Shown here: piece after piece, positions 37,527 through 50,733 of the stretch
Numbering within the stretch: the first letter of the stretch is position 1
Layout: each line of letters starts with the position of its first letter
NCBI GenBank assembly: GCA_048213135.1
Contig: PS015016.1
Span: 192,681-244,910 of the forward strand
Length of the DNA stretch: 52,230 nt
DNA from: Reclinomonas americana ATCC 50394
Taxonomy: Eukaryota
Direction: 5' to 3'
Notes under the pieces: generated by a model
What the model was told of the DNA's origin: nothing
Databases searched by the model: none
Seen by the model: only the letters and a program-made list of their open reading frames with translations
Made by a program: the position numbers and the translations under genes

Positions 37527-39083
37527 TCAGTACTTCTCCATGACAAAGCACGCGCCGTTCTCCGACACAAAGCACAAATACTCTTGGCGACCCGATAGTG
37601 CCGGTGGGGGCACACTGAGCGTCACAATCGGTGCCTGTGCGTCCTTGTAGATGCTATTGACCACGCTGTCGTTCTCCTCCTCGACATCGTCGCGCCGTGC
37701 CGATCGCCTCGAGCCGCCACCACTCATGTCGTCGTCTCCGTCGTCCTCCACGGTGCTGGCCAGCGAGCCGCCCTCCGTCGGACCTCTTGTCACCCACACC
37801 ACCTGCCCGTCTTGCGTGCACGCCACCACCTGTGGTGGTTGTGGCGAGGCCAGCAGTTGCACCTGCCACACTGGTGGACGGCGAAAGGGAGAGAGAAGAT
37901 ATGAGACCAGCAACCACATCACTTCTTTCTCTCAGTTGACGGTCTCACCAGAGGCCGGGAAGCTGGCATCGACCACCACCACTGGACTGCGTGGCTCACG
38001 AATGTCGTACACCCGCACACGACCCTCCGTGCTGCCGACGGCCACGTGGTGCTTGGTGGCGTTGCTGCTGAGACTGGTGATGCGATCGCCCGGCAAAATG
38101 GAGCTGTGTGTCATGCACCCAATGAGCACCCATGCACGCCACGACTCGGGAGTGCCAGAGACGCGCGCAACTGTCGACACTCGAGCGTCAGCGTCTTTGC
38201 GTCGGCGTCGACACGCCAGTACGCCAGCGTGCCCGTGGACGACACCGACCACACATCCCTGCTGCTGACAAAGCGCACATCGGTGATGCTGCCGCAGTCC
38301 GCATCCGCTGCACACGCCGGCAAGTCAACAAACAACCCCTCGCCAGCTGCAAGCACAGCCACCACCTGTACTCACCCACAACAGCGACCTCCACCGGCTG
38401 CGCGCCCTGGCAGTCGACCAGCCGCAGCGCACCATCCTCACCACCAACCACCGCCAACAGCGATCCCGACAACACATCCAAGCACGTGAGCGGCAGCTCG
38501 TCGCACACTCGCAGCTTGGAGACCCGTTCTTGTCGCGCTGCATCAACGAGCAGAGGTGACGACACGCGGCAAAGCAGGGAGAGGGAAGAGAGAGAGAGGA
38601 GACAAACCATCAGCAAACGGGCGATAGACAACCACCAAGCCTGCACTGGTGGTGGCCACCACAGTCTCCCGTGCATGTGCATTCTCCGCCACCTGCACGA
38701 CAAGCAACAAGTCACGCCAGTGTATGTCTTGCCGCCTCCTCTGCTCACTCACTCACCGCGAGTGCCGTGACTTCGCCCTCCACCGACACACTATCAATGC
38801 GCTCCAGAGTGGCCACAGGCGCCGCCGCCGACGATCGCGCCACACACCACAACGCAAGTTGCTCTCTCTGCACACACACACACTGGTGAGACACAGACAG
38901 AGAGACAGTGCGTGTGTGCGTGAGAGAGAGACTGCCGACCTCATCTGCGGCGCCAGTGACCACACACAACGAGTGCGGATCGGCAGTGACAAAGGTGGCC
39001 ACTCGCACCACACTCTGTCCCAAGAACGTCGTCAAGAGGCGACGCAGGCCGAGACCAGGAGTCACAACTTTGCGTCTTTGCAT
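37527..39083 (-). CDS. WD40 protein, Nup43-like
   Basis: VTGAADE/QLALW, VEGEVTAL, LAVVGGEDGALRL, HVAVGSTEGRVRVYDIR and PVWQV..VACTQDG occur in an order resembling Nup43. Confidence 0.55.
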
Positions 39084-39175
39084 GACACAAGAATAGAAGA
39101 TGAAAGCGCGCGATCGATCGATCTATCAGACGACAGTGCGTGTGTGAGAGAGAGAGTGTGCGTGTGTGTGAGCAG

Positions 39176-40729
39176 ATGGGCGACGCAGCACTGGAGACAG
39201 CGCTGCGGTCGAGTCTGCGGCAGGTGGTGGAGGTCATACAGTCTATGGCATGTCGCACTCTCTCTCTCTCTCTCCACTCGCACACACACGCACACACGCG
39301 CGCGCTCACTCGCTCGCTCCTCGCTCACAGGAAGAGGATCTGGCACGCATCCACGCGCACCTGAGTCGACTGGTGACGCGCCTCACGCCACTGGAGAACA
39401 AGTTTCGCGCGCGCGTTCTCTCTTGCTCACGTGCTCACTCTCTCCCANNNNNNNNNNNNNNNNNNNNACGACCGCGGAGTCATTCGGGAGGAGCGTCGAG
39501 TGGGCTGGCCACGGCGGCCTCGGTCGGTTTGTGGGGAGCGCAGTCGCAACAGCAGCAGCAACGCCGTACGGTGCAAGCGGGATTGGCGGCGGCGCAGTCG
39601 GTGACGCTCGTCTCTTCGTCGTCGTGGTCGTCGTCACCGTCACCGTCGAGCCCGGCGCCAGCAGCAGCAGCAGCAGCTGCTCCTCCTCCGCTTTCGTCTG
39701 CGTCGTCTGCACCCACGACGGCGTCGTTGTATCGGCTGTTGATGGGCCGCGTGTCGTTGGATGCACAGCTCGACCGCGAGTTCAGCCAGTACCGCTCGGA
39801 GTTGGCCGTGCCGCGCTTCTGCTGCGCGCTCTGCTCCGAGTTGGTGGATCGCGGTGCGCGTGTACCTCATTCTTCCGCGCCCGTTTCTGTTCTCATTGCG
39901 CTGCGCAGTAATGTACAACAACAAGCTGGGTTGGGCGGCGCAACCCGATGAGGTTGCACTGCGTACCTCCCTCAAGGCACTGGAGCAGTACTGCAACAGC
40001 GCCGGCCCCGGCCAACTCGTGCTCTGGGCACCCTTCATGCGGGCGCAACGCGACAGCGGACTCATCTCGCTCTTCCAGCACTACCTCGTTGCGTTCGTCC
40101 TCTTCCCCTCCCTCCCCATTCCGTCGCCATTTGTTTCCACTCAGCACTGTGTGCAGGCCAATCTGCCGAAACCGCTCCTCGGCCAGTTCAATGAGAGCGA
40201 GTGGCGTGCGGCGACCAGCGGTGATCGTCTGCGCGAGTTCCTCGAGGACAGCCTGCCTGCCTCCTCATTAGCGCTGTTGTGTGTCATTGCACACTTGGCA
40301 GCCATGGTGGAGGCTGTGAATCGGAGGAGAAGGCGTGAGGAGGTGGCAGAGGGCTCGGGAGTGGCGGCCGTGGCCAATTGGTGCAGAAATCGATCTGTGT
40401 GACTTTTTTGTTGTCGTCTGTCTCCTCACGCGTCGTGCTCGTGCAGCCTTGGCACGCATTTGTTCCACACCATGAAGGATTCGTCGGCGAGTTCAGCGTC
40501 ACGCGCAGTGCGCTTCACGCGAGTTCTACTCGAACGGCTGCCAGCCGTGTTGCCGACTGCCTACGACATTGTGGTGATGCGCCGCATGCCCTCGCATCAC
40601 ATTTCGGTGTTGCAGTCGTCAACACTTCCGTCTGCGTCCGCATCATCTGTCGCCGACGCACCAGCGTCGCGCATTCCATCTGCCGAATCCTTCATACAGG
40701 GTCGCGAGCCACCAGCACCACTGCTTTAA
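39176..40729 (+). CDS. hypothetical protein with degenerate RhoGAP-like helical domain
   Basis: VPRFCCALCSEL and LFQHYLANLPKPLL resemble RhoGAP blocks. No clear G-x-F-R Arg finger. Confidence 0.45.
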
Positions 40730-40770
40730 TCCGCCATGTCTCCACTAATGTATGCTCATCTTCCCGACAT

Positions 40771-43436
40771 TCAAAAGTCGATCACTGTCAAAGATAAGCG
40801 TGGATTTGAGTACTCGGTTGCAGAATGCGTGCGGAATGGGAGCTCACCAGCAATCGGCCACATGTACTTGTTGGTGTCGTTGACCACAAAGTACTTCTTC
40901 TTGTCGACCCACTCGATTGTGTCACCTGTGCACGGCAGTACCGATTGAGCACCAACACACCACAGTGCCATGGTTATGCATACGCACTCTCCAGCAAGCA
41001 CTCGAACACGATCATGCGGTGCTCCTTGTCGGTGTATCCGATGCTAACCGAAGCGTTCAGCGCAAAGTAATCGCTGCGGCAACGATTTACATTGTGAGTG
41101 CGGGGGAGTGTGCGGCTGGCATGCAGACAAACGGTAGTAATGCGCACCCCTCGCCGTACGCCTTGCGCCTGCGCTTCTCAGAGTTGAAGCCTCCACTCAA
41201 GATAAGCGGCACAACCTGGCCTTTGGTTCCGTGGAATGCCAGCTGCTGGATAATCGGTCCTGCACGAATGCAACTCCAGCGTGTCAGGTCTCGTCGATTC
41301 TGCCACAATCTCCCTCTCTCTCACACACACACAGCGAGCGACTCACGTCCACCCACGGCGGCGCGCATCTCCGCCACGACCTCGTCGTGACGCTGGCGCG
41401 TCGAGGTGCTCCACACGACCATGGTGATTGCACGAATGTTCCGCGGCTTGCCGTTGATCCAGTCGGGATCCGCCAACCACCGGTTACGAATGCCCATCTC
41501 GACTTCAGGCAGGCACACGTCAGGTCGCTCTGCCGCGCGTACTCCCTGCGCCTCGAGTTCCGCTGCAATCGCGTCCAGGTCTGCCCTCCCACACACAGCG
41601 TGTCAGTATCGCACCTGCACTGCTGAACGAAAAGTCGACTCACCAAAGCGCACCACTTTCCGCACTTCTTCCGCGTAGTCCAGCGTGGCCTGTCGCAACC
41701 CCGGCGCGTGTGAGGACAATGAGCGAGGCAACCGGCAGCACGATGGTAAACTCACCTCCATTACGCCCCCGTCCACTGCGGTGACTGAAACACACTTACC
41801 GCAAATGTATTCGGGCAGACCTTCCGTGCTGAGCTTTTCACGGTAGAGTGCAATTCCTGCCTCTCGCGATTGCTGTTTACACGACAGTGTGAGCTTTGTT
41901 TTTGCACGACCCCACTGCAGACAACGCGAGTGCACGCACCGCATTGAGACGCACACGACGCACAGCTCGCACACCACCCTCCAGCTCGAGCACTGTACAG
42001 AAGGGAGAAAAGTTAGCGTCGACCGACGCCCCAAACCCCGACTGCCCACGCAACAGTAAGCGTAGTTTCCGTCGTGCAGCTCGCCGCAGTTCTTGCGGAA
42101 CGTAATGGACGGATACGTCCGGAGCCTGCAGTCGCATCCAGTCAGCGAATGGATCACAAGAAGAACCAACAGCAACGCACGATTGGAACTCGGCATCCGA
42201 CTGCAGCGTCGCGGGACTGACTCGGTAGTGGGGTGGACCGAAGAGAGTCGGTGGACCAGCATCGTCGAACTCGTCGTGTTCCACGGCTCGACTGTGGCTG
42301 CTCGATCTGCGATCGTCGGAGCTGAACCGGTTGCCGACCGAAGAGGCGGCCGAGCTGCCGGCAACCGACAGTCGACCGGCGGCCGATGGCGCCTGCTACC
42401 ACACCGAGTGAGTGGTCCCGATGGAAACAACACTGCCTCTCTCCCTATCTCTCACACCTCGGCTGCAACGTCGAATAGACTGGTGGCCACCGAGGACCCA
42501 GCGTAGCGACCGGTGGAGGCCGGGTGAGGTGGCGCGACAACGAATCCCTGGTGCATGTTTGCATGTGTGGCCACCAGCAGCGGCGGCTGTGGCGGCGGTG
42601 GCACCATTCCATGGTGCACGTAATGACCTGTTGCGACACTGTACGTGCGCATGTGTGCATGTGTCTCGAGCGGAGGCAGCGACGGTTCCGAACGGTGCGA
42701 ATGGAGCACGGGCTGATAAGCAGGAGGGGGGTGGTGGTGGTGGTGGTGCGCAGCCGGCGGTGAAGGCTGTGCGGCGCGTGGCTTGGGCGGCGGCCGTGAC
42801 TCGACCATTGCTTGCACCGTGGCCCGCACATCTCGCGGTTCGTGCTCCCGATCACGCGCGTCGTACGCGCAAATCGCATCATTGAGAGCCGTGTACAGCT
42901 GCGACGCCGAGGCCTCGCGCGGAGGCGACCGGCAGCCTGTGTATTTGAGCACGCCTTTCAGCGCCCGCAACAGAGAGAGAGAGAGAGCAGGGCAGACACA
43001 CGCAACGAAGAGGCTCCCAGGCGGCACGAGTGCACCGTGTCTGTGACCACCACTTGAAGAACATGGTGTAGGCCAGCACCAGCTTGCCCTGGTCCTCTTG
43101 GCTAAGCATCGCGCGCTCTTTGCAGATGCCACGCAGCAGCTCAACCGTGACCTTTTCCTCGTGCCACAGTCGGACGTCGTCCGCCGATGGACGCGAGTGG
43201 TCACGCATGTATGCTTCCACTGCGTGTGATGAGAGGGACGAGGGTGTGTGTTGTGAGCGCGTACACATATGTGTGTGAGAGAGAGACAGGGTGCGGAGAG
43301 AGAGAGAGAGGATGAGAGCGCAACATGTGCTCTGCATTTGGTCGATGACATCGCTGCAGAGGTCGGGAATCCCCATGTTCATGAATTCCCGCGTGTTGTT
43401 CACCAGCCGGTGGAGCCGCACCGAGTCGTCGGCCAT
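40771..43436 (-). CDS. protein with C-terminal PARP-like ADP-ribosyltransferase domain
   Basis: LAFHGTKGQVVPLILSGGF...AYGE(G)DYFALNASVSIGY..MIVFECLL...KYFVV..YMWP provides the HGT, YFA and S..Y signature motifs. Confidence 0.75.
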
Positions 43437-43631
43437 CTCTCTCTCTCTCTCTTTCTCTTTCTTTCGCAAGTCGTTGTCCCTCTTGTCCGCCGTGTTTCGT
43501 GTTGTCTGATTTCAAGAAATCCTTCGTCCATGATGGTCGTGGCGTGTGCACCGCATGCATGCGGGATCAAGCTCTGCAGCGCTAGCGAACAACCATCTCA
43601 TCCTTCACTTGGTCTTTTCCCGCTTCATGAT

Positions 43632-45290
43632 CTAAATGGTCTCCGTGCTGCACTCGGCCACCACTGGCATGGACTGCGATGAAGCACGTGAGGTGAGCAT
43701 GCGGTGACGTTCGTCTCTTTGTCCTCGTCGCGCTGTGCAACGCAACAACAAGTGTCCGTGTCTCCGGTCGCAGCATGCGCAGCCAGGTAAAGACAATGTC
43801 GTCGGGCGCAAAAACTTGAGCCATCCACTGCGCAGTCGCGATCGGGGAGAAGGAGAAGCGGCAGTCAGAGACACACTGACACCAATGTGGCGAGGGAGCT
43901 CGGGTCGGCAACGAAACCTCTTCGTGGCTGATCTTGCCGTCTTTGTTCGTATCAAGCTGCGGAAAAAGTGAAGCATGTGAGAGAGCGCAGCGGTTTGCGT
44001 GCGGGTGGCACAGAGACTGCAGTCACGCACTCGATGGAACAGGCGGTCGACGACCTCTCTGATGGACTCCTCCAGGGCACGTTCTCGCATCTGCATATCA
44101 ATGTTTGTCGATCATCGACATTGGAAGCGGTGATGCATGTCAGAGAAGTAAACCTTCACCACTTCGCGCGGCGACAAGGTTCCGAGCAGTAGGTCGTCCA
44201 TGGAGTCGTGGACATCGGCCCAGCCGACAGCCTGCAACGTGCAACCGGTCAGCCTCATCGACATCATAGACAACTAACTCTCCGATATTCATGCCTGTTT
44301 TCCCATCAAGAGCGACGCCGCTGCGACCTGTGCGCGACGCGCGTTGAGAGTCTGTCGGATACGTAGCACACTTCTGTGTCTCTCTACTCTACCTCGCCAG
44401 CGACATATGCTCGGATGATGTTGTAGGCCTCTTTCTGCACGTGCGAAAGTGATGAGTTGTCGCGAGCATTCTCGTTTCTTCATGGCTGTCGTACCTGCGT
44501 GATCACGCCATCGTGATTGACATCAAAGATCCTGTTGATATAGAGCCATGTCAGTCGCCATCACACACGTGGCATCGTGTTGCTGCTGCTGCGACGATGT
44601 GCACACCGAAAGGTAATCTCCAGTTTCTCCTCCATTGTTCCATGACCGACCGTCACCGCCTGGCACGCGAGGAATTCATCCAGATCCAGCGCCCCGCTGC
44701 GAATCGCATCAGGTTATCCCAATGCACTGCAGAGATCCCTCCCATCGTGGTGGACGCACCTGTGATCAATGTCGATGGCGTCAAACAGCCGCTCAAAAAT
44801 GCACTGCAATGAATATGGTCAGCGTGTCGTCGCCGTCGATGTTCGTCTGCACACACATGAATCATATGCACATACCACTGTGTCATGCGTGCAGTACGGC
44901 AGCAACTTTAGTGCCTCCAGGTACTGAGCCTTGGCAATCAGCAATTCACCCGTCGCTGGAGAGGGCGTTGCAAGTTCCGCAAAAGCGTGCTTCTGTTGAA
45001 ATGATGATGACGATGATGGTGTTGAGGATCAGCTCTTCCCGCGATCACAACAACACGCACACAACGCACCTGCTCCTCAAGCTCTCGGGCTTCGGAAGAG
45101 AACACGAGGCAGCGCAAATTCGGTCAGCACATCGATCGCGATCCACGCGGACGCACACACACACACNNNNNNNNNNNNNNNNNNNNCTCCTCTCTCTTGC
45201 ACAGAAGGCGCATTATTGTTCCTCACCGAAGAATTTCGACTGCACAGTTTCGCGATCAATGTGGTGCCCTTTGCCGGCGTGGTTGCCCAT
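43632..45290 (-). CDS. N-myristoylated NCS/calcineurin-B-like EF-hand protein
   Basis: MGNHAGK start, then ERLFDAIDIDHSGALDLDEF, GTMEEKLEITFRIFDVNHDGVITQKE and LDTNKDGKISHEEW. Confidence 0.85.
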
Positions 45291-45506
45291 CGATTATGTC
45301 TCCCTCTGTAGTGACACTCTCTCTCGCTCCCTTTCTCTGTCGCTTGTGCTTCCGACCGCGTATTACGAATTCTCTCGCACAATCAAAGAAATGGACAAGT
45401 TCGATTTGTCCCAAATTTCGGTTCGATATCACGGTTTTTTCCAGTTGCCCGCCTATTTCTTCGTTTACGATCGGTGGGCGCGCGCAGAGACTGCCAAGGT
45501 TCACAG

Positions 45507-47302
45507 ATGGGCAACACACTTCCACTCGCCGCCGACAAGGGCGCACAGGATCAGCACGGTGAAGTCACATTCTCTCGACTCGACGATCGCATTGCAGTTG
45601 TTCCTGAGGTGTGTTTCGGGGTGTTGCTCGCTCTCTCCCTCTCTTTTCTCACCATCGCACGCATGTCTGTGGCGCAGTTCGACGAGGGTCTCTTGGAGGT
45701 GGATGTGGAGGGCAGCAATGGTGTTCCGCTTCAAGAGCTGAACCGCCAGCGCCACGGCCATCGGCAACGATCGCAGCTGTCGGCACTGCCGACACCATCG
45801 GCGCGGCCGCTTCTGCTCCACAGTGAATCGGTGGATTCACCGGCGGGGGGAGAGGCGGCAGCCGAGGTGGCGTACGCCGGGGAGGGCGAAGACGGGCCAG
45901 AGACGGAGTCGTTGCGTGAGCAACATCTGCAGCTGGCGGGCGCCGAACCCGCGGCCATGAGTCCGGGATTCCTGCGTGTCGCTGGTCGTCTGCCTCCGAG
46001 CTCCATGCCAGCGCCGGCGCCCAAGCGAACGCGACCAGTGATGACCGAGTTGATCGATGTCATGGACACGAGTCACGATGAGGAGATTGCTCGCCGCCTG
46101 CAGATGCAGATGGAGGCCGAGGGCGACAGTGCGGTCGATGGTGCGCGTGACTTTTGTCGGTTCCACCTTTTGTTGTTGTCGTCGTGAGCCTCACATGCAT
46201 CGTCTGCACATGTACAGCTGCACTGGCGGAAGCCACACGACGCCACGAGCAAGAGCTCGCCGACGAAGAGATGGCACGCCAACTGTTTGCCATGGAGCAG
46301 CAGCGAGTTGCGTTTACTCTCTATCTCTCTATCTCCCTCTCTTCCCCCGTCCTCGTTGTGGCTGACATCTGTTATTTTGCTTTTGCTTCTGCAGCTGGCT
46401 CGTCGTCACGTACCACCCTCCGGTATCGTCCCTCCCTCGCCCTCGATGGCCAGCGGTCCCGTGCGCTCCGTGCTGCGTCGAAGCACTGCGCAGAGTGCGG
46501 CCGGTCGCGAGCGACGTGTCGCAGTGGCATTCGACGTCAGTGTCGACAGCCCGTCATCCACCACCTTCTCGTCGCCCGCCAGCGCCGCCGCCGACGCCGA
46601 AGCCTTCGGCAACGAACTGGATCTCACGCCGCTGTCGCCCTCCACTCCCAACTATGGTCCTTCTCGTCGGCGGATGCAGCAGCAGTTGTCGCGCACGCAG
46701 TACCACCAGTCAACCGGCTCTGTGATGGAGCAGATGTATGGCGGTGCGCCAGTGGCGAGCCCCAGCCAGTACGCCGCACAGCCGGAGGAGCTGCGAGTCA
46801 GCATCGCTGCATTGGACATTTTCCCCACATTCGAGTACGAGTCGCCGGCGAACGGGCCGCGCGACGAGTGCATGTGCTCCATTTGCCAGTGCGATTTTGA
46901 GGCGGGCGAAAAGTTGCGCGTGTTGCCCTGCCTGCATCGCTTCCACGTCGGATGTGTGGACGACTGGATGCGTCGCGGCCACTTCACGTGCCCCATGTGC
47001 AAGTACGAGTTGTTGCAGCATGTGCCCAAGTTGCGTCTCCCCCTCTCCCCCCTCTCCCCCCTCTCACACACTGCAGTTCGCTCACACGTTGCCCCCCCAA
47101 CAGGAGCATGCAACAACGTGCGGGATCTGGCCCTGTTCCCGCTCAGCAGCAGTCGTCCCATGGCCATCGCAGCCACCGCAGTGGCAGCTCGCGGTCGGGA
47201 TCGAGCCGACGCCACTCGCATCGCCATGAACGGGAGCACAGACACGGAAGTGATAGAGCTACTGCCGCTGCCGTTGACATGCATCGCTTGCGGCAGCCAT
47301 AG
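45507..47302 (+). CDS. RING-H2 E3 ligase with UIM/MIU-like motifs
   Basis: MGNT start, DEEIARRLQ and DEEMARQL motifs, and CSICQCDFEAGEKLRVLPCLHRFHVGCVDDWMRRGHFTCPMC. Confidence 0.88.
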
Positions 47303-47428
47303 AAAAAGGAGAAATAATACATGACAGTGGTGGATTTCGCCGGAAATCGAAATGCACCACACATGTAAACCCGGACAACACGACACAGTCGTGGTTGGAT
47401 TCGAACCAAAAGCACAACACAGTCCGCC

Positions 47429-48581
47429 ATGGAGCCAACACAACCTGCTCTCAGCAATTTGTGCGACCACGTGCACGTCAGCAGCAAAGAGATATGGCAG
47501 GGAATCGCCCATATCGGACGCTGTGTTGTCAATGCCACCACCAACACCACGCGTACGGGTTTCGAATTCGTGCGCGTCAGTCACACCGTACGAGCTCCTG
47601 TTGTCGAGACCACAGCTGCCGCCGCGACAGCAACCGCAGTGGCGACGCAGTCGGCACCGGCAGCCGTGGAATTGTGTTCAACCGCGACAACAGCAGCCGA
47701 GGAGTCGTTGTTCTCTGCCGGATCACCACTTGTCGCACTGGGCGTGCTCGCCGCGCTGCTGGCGCTCCTGGTCCTCATCATGTTCTATCAAAAGTGGCGT
47801 GAGGAACGCAGCCGGCGAGTCTTCGGTGCAGGAGACGTGATGAGTCGTCCTCCCGAGCCCGAGTACATCCACCACCACTATCAACCTCCTCCGCAGCAGT
47901 ATCGCGATCGTGCTGCGCATGCAGCTGCGCACATGCATGCTCCGGATCCAGTAATTGCCCCACAGATGAAGAAGGTGCTCATGGTCCTTCCCGGCTCACT
48001 TCAGGTTCGCGTGTGCGTGTACCTGGCCGGAGGTGTGGTGATCGTGGCTGATTTTGGTTTTCGATTTGCAGAGTCCGAGCTGGGCCTCGATCATCCACAC
48101 GGGTCGCACCATGGACTTTGACGTGCGTTTGGTGGGTGGTGGAGGCCGGCATTACGAGTACAACTCCAGAGACTTGCTGGTCGCCGACGCAGCGATCTGC
48201 ATGCTTCGCATTGACCACCGAATGCATGAGAACAACATGCAGTCCATGATTGACGCGGCCCTTCTTGACTCGGGTGAGTCTCGACAACTCTTCGCTCGAT
48301 CGCTCGCACGAACACAATTCTCACTGCGTCATTTTGCAGCCGCAGTGCCGCTGCACAAGCAGTACATGGTCATGTGCACGCCACAGACGGCGCCAATGTT
48401 GGACGACTACGGGTTGCGCACCATGCTCGGTGACCTGCTTGCCAAGAGGGGAGGGTTGAGGAAGAACGTACTCCGGCTGGTGTTCAACGACTGCATGCTG
48501 ATGCAAGGCGAGAAGCTCGTTCCCGATGCACAAGTGCGAGACATGTTCAGCTTTATCAGAGACGCAGAGCATCTTCAATGA
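47429..48581 (+). CDS. hypothetical single-pass membrane protein
   Basis: T/A-rich stalk, TM segment LVALGVLAALLALLVLIMFY, then a spliced cytosolic domain ending AEHLQ*. Confidence 0.55.
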
Positions 48582-49719
48582 AAAAAGCAATCTGTCGCCA
48601 ACAATCATCCGACACGGACAACTTGCCGCCGCTGCGAGTTGAGCCGACCACAACATGGCACACGCCGCGCACGTGCAAAGCATGCAAGTCGCGCTCTATC
48701 GCCTCCTGCAGGCCCAGTCTGTCCACGTCGCCAGCAGTGTCTGGAATGCAGCAGACCACACGAGTTGTTTGCGGCTGGATTCCTGCATGCCACACACACG
48801 ATGATGAATGCGTTAGTTGTCTTCACCTAACAAAACAAAAAGAGTGTGGCATGCATAAGCTGCAAACCATGATGCCGGCGCAGGCGATCGATTACTGGCA
48901 GCAGTTCCGCAGCTGGGCGGGAGCCTCGACCGTCGGCCAACCAAAAGAGCACAAGGTGATCATCTGCTTTTTCAGTGGTCCGCTCCTTCTCGCCATCAAC
49001 GACCTCTCGAGCCTGTTCCTTCTCGCCATCCTCATGATCAGCATGGTCAGTCACACACGTCTCCACGGCCTCCAGAGCTCGCTCCTTCTCGCCATCCTCA
49101 GCATGGTCAGTCACGCTCGTCTCCAAGACCTCCAGAGCTCGCTCCTTCTCGCCATCCTCAGCATGGTCAGTCACGCTCGTCTCCAAGACCTCCAGAGCTC
49201 GCTCCTTCTCGCCCTCCTCAGCATGGTCAGTCACGTTCGTCTCCACGGCCTCTCGAGGCCGCTCCTTCTCGCCCTCCTCAGCATGGTCAGTCACGCTCGT
49301 CTCCACGGTCTCCCGAGCTCGCTCCTTCTTGCCCTCCTTGACATGGTCAGTCACGCACGTCCGCACGGCCTCCCAAGCGCGCTCCTCCTTGGAATTGTCG
49401 AGCCAGCGAACTTGAGAGGTCGGCACCTTTCTGCGTTGCAAGAAGTGCTCCCCTCGCTTTTTTGCCTTTTTTGCACGAAAGCAAGGTGCCTGTGCGAATG
49501 CACATCAGCGTCACGGACAGGTTGGAGAGAGAGAGAGAGAGTAGAAGTGGTGAGACGCACCAGCCGATCGTGTTGCACAAGCACGTTGATCACAGTACGA
49601 GTGCGCTCAACGACGTTGACCACTGGCAACTCTACATCTCGATCTGGCTCATGACTGTGATCGGGGGCCACGCTATGTGAGATGCTCAACTTGCCAAACT
49701 GCTCGGTGAGATTGCGCAT
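48556..49719 (-). CDS. hypothetical protein with 20-aa tandem repeats (partial; ends uncertain)
   Basis: Minus-strand ORFs with repeated ERALEVLETSVTDHAEDGEK. Probable last exon 48556 to about 48785. Confidence 0.45.
48982..49390. repeat. 60-bp minisatellite, about 6.5 copies
   Basis: gctccttctcgcc(a/c)tcctcagcatggtcagtcacgctcgtctcca... recurs at 49081, 49141, 49201, 49261, 49321 and 49381, with degenerate copies upstream. Confidence 0.95.
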
Positions 49720-50733
49720 GTCGNNNNNNNNNNNNNNNNNNNNNNNNNNNNNNNNNNNNNNNNNNNNNNNNNNNNNNNNNNNNNNNNNNNNNNNNNNNNN
49801 NNNNNNNNNNNNNNNNNNNNNNNNNNNNNNNNNNNNNNNNNNNNNNNNNNNNNNNNNNNNNNNNNNNNNNNNNNNNNNNNNNNNNNNNNNNNNNNNNNNN
49901 NNNNNNNNNNNNNNNNNNNNNNNNNNNNNNNNNNNNNNNNNNNNNNNNNNNNNNNNNNNNNNNNNNNNNNNNNNNNNNNNNNNNNNNNNNNNNNNNNNNN
50001 NNNNNNNNNNNNNNNNNNNNNNNNNNNNNNNNNNNNNNNNNNNNNNNNNNNNNNNNNNNNNNNNNNNNNNNNNNNNNNNNNNNNNNNNNNNNNNNNNNNN
50101 NNNNNNNNNNNNNNNNNNNNNNNNNNNNNNNNNNNNNNNNNNNNNNNNNNNNNNNNNNNNNNNNNNNNNNNNNNNNNNNNNNNNNNNNNNNNNNNNNNNN
50201 NNNNNTCAGTGGCGGGTTGCTTGCGCTCGCGCCCAGCCTGGCAGTGCGTGTTCTAAGTGAGATTGCCACGAATTCATCACATCATCAACTTCACCAACCT
50301 CGTCGTGCTTCGCTGTACGGTTCCCCATCGTGTGTGGTATGCTGCGCACTTGCTGCGTCAACTCGGGAAATGGTGCGTTTCGGATCCCACTCGTGGTGTG
50401 ATCCGCCGGATTTGAAATACACCATGTCCGAAATCAGTTGACAATATCTGCCTGGTCGATTTCCATTCAGTCACATTTCCTTCCTTCTCGGAGCGCAGAC
50501 AAACAATCTCACCAGTAAGCCATGGGAGGCGGTCAATCGGTACGCCCCGTTTGCATATGACACCACAGGTCGGCAGACTCACTCACGACTTGACATGCTG
50601 ACAGCGATCACCATCGCCATCACCGCCGCCATCACCGCCGCCGTCACCACCGCGTCGTCGAGCGGCGCCACCACCACCACCGCCGCCGCCACCTCCGCCT
50701 CCACCACCACCAGTTGTCCGCGCACCCAGCCCC

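Noticed and set aside
36954-44294. Additional GC donors (GCTCGG in LicD near 36954; GCATGA at minus 44294)
   Set aside because: In-frame GT alternatives exist nearby, so this cannot be decided without cDNA.
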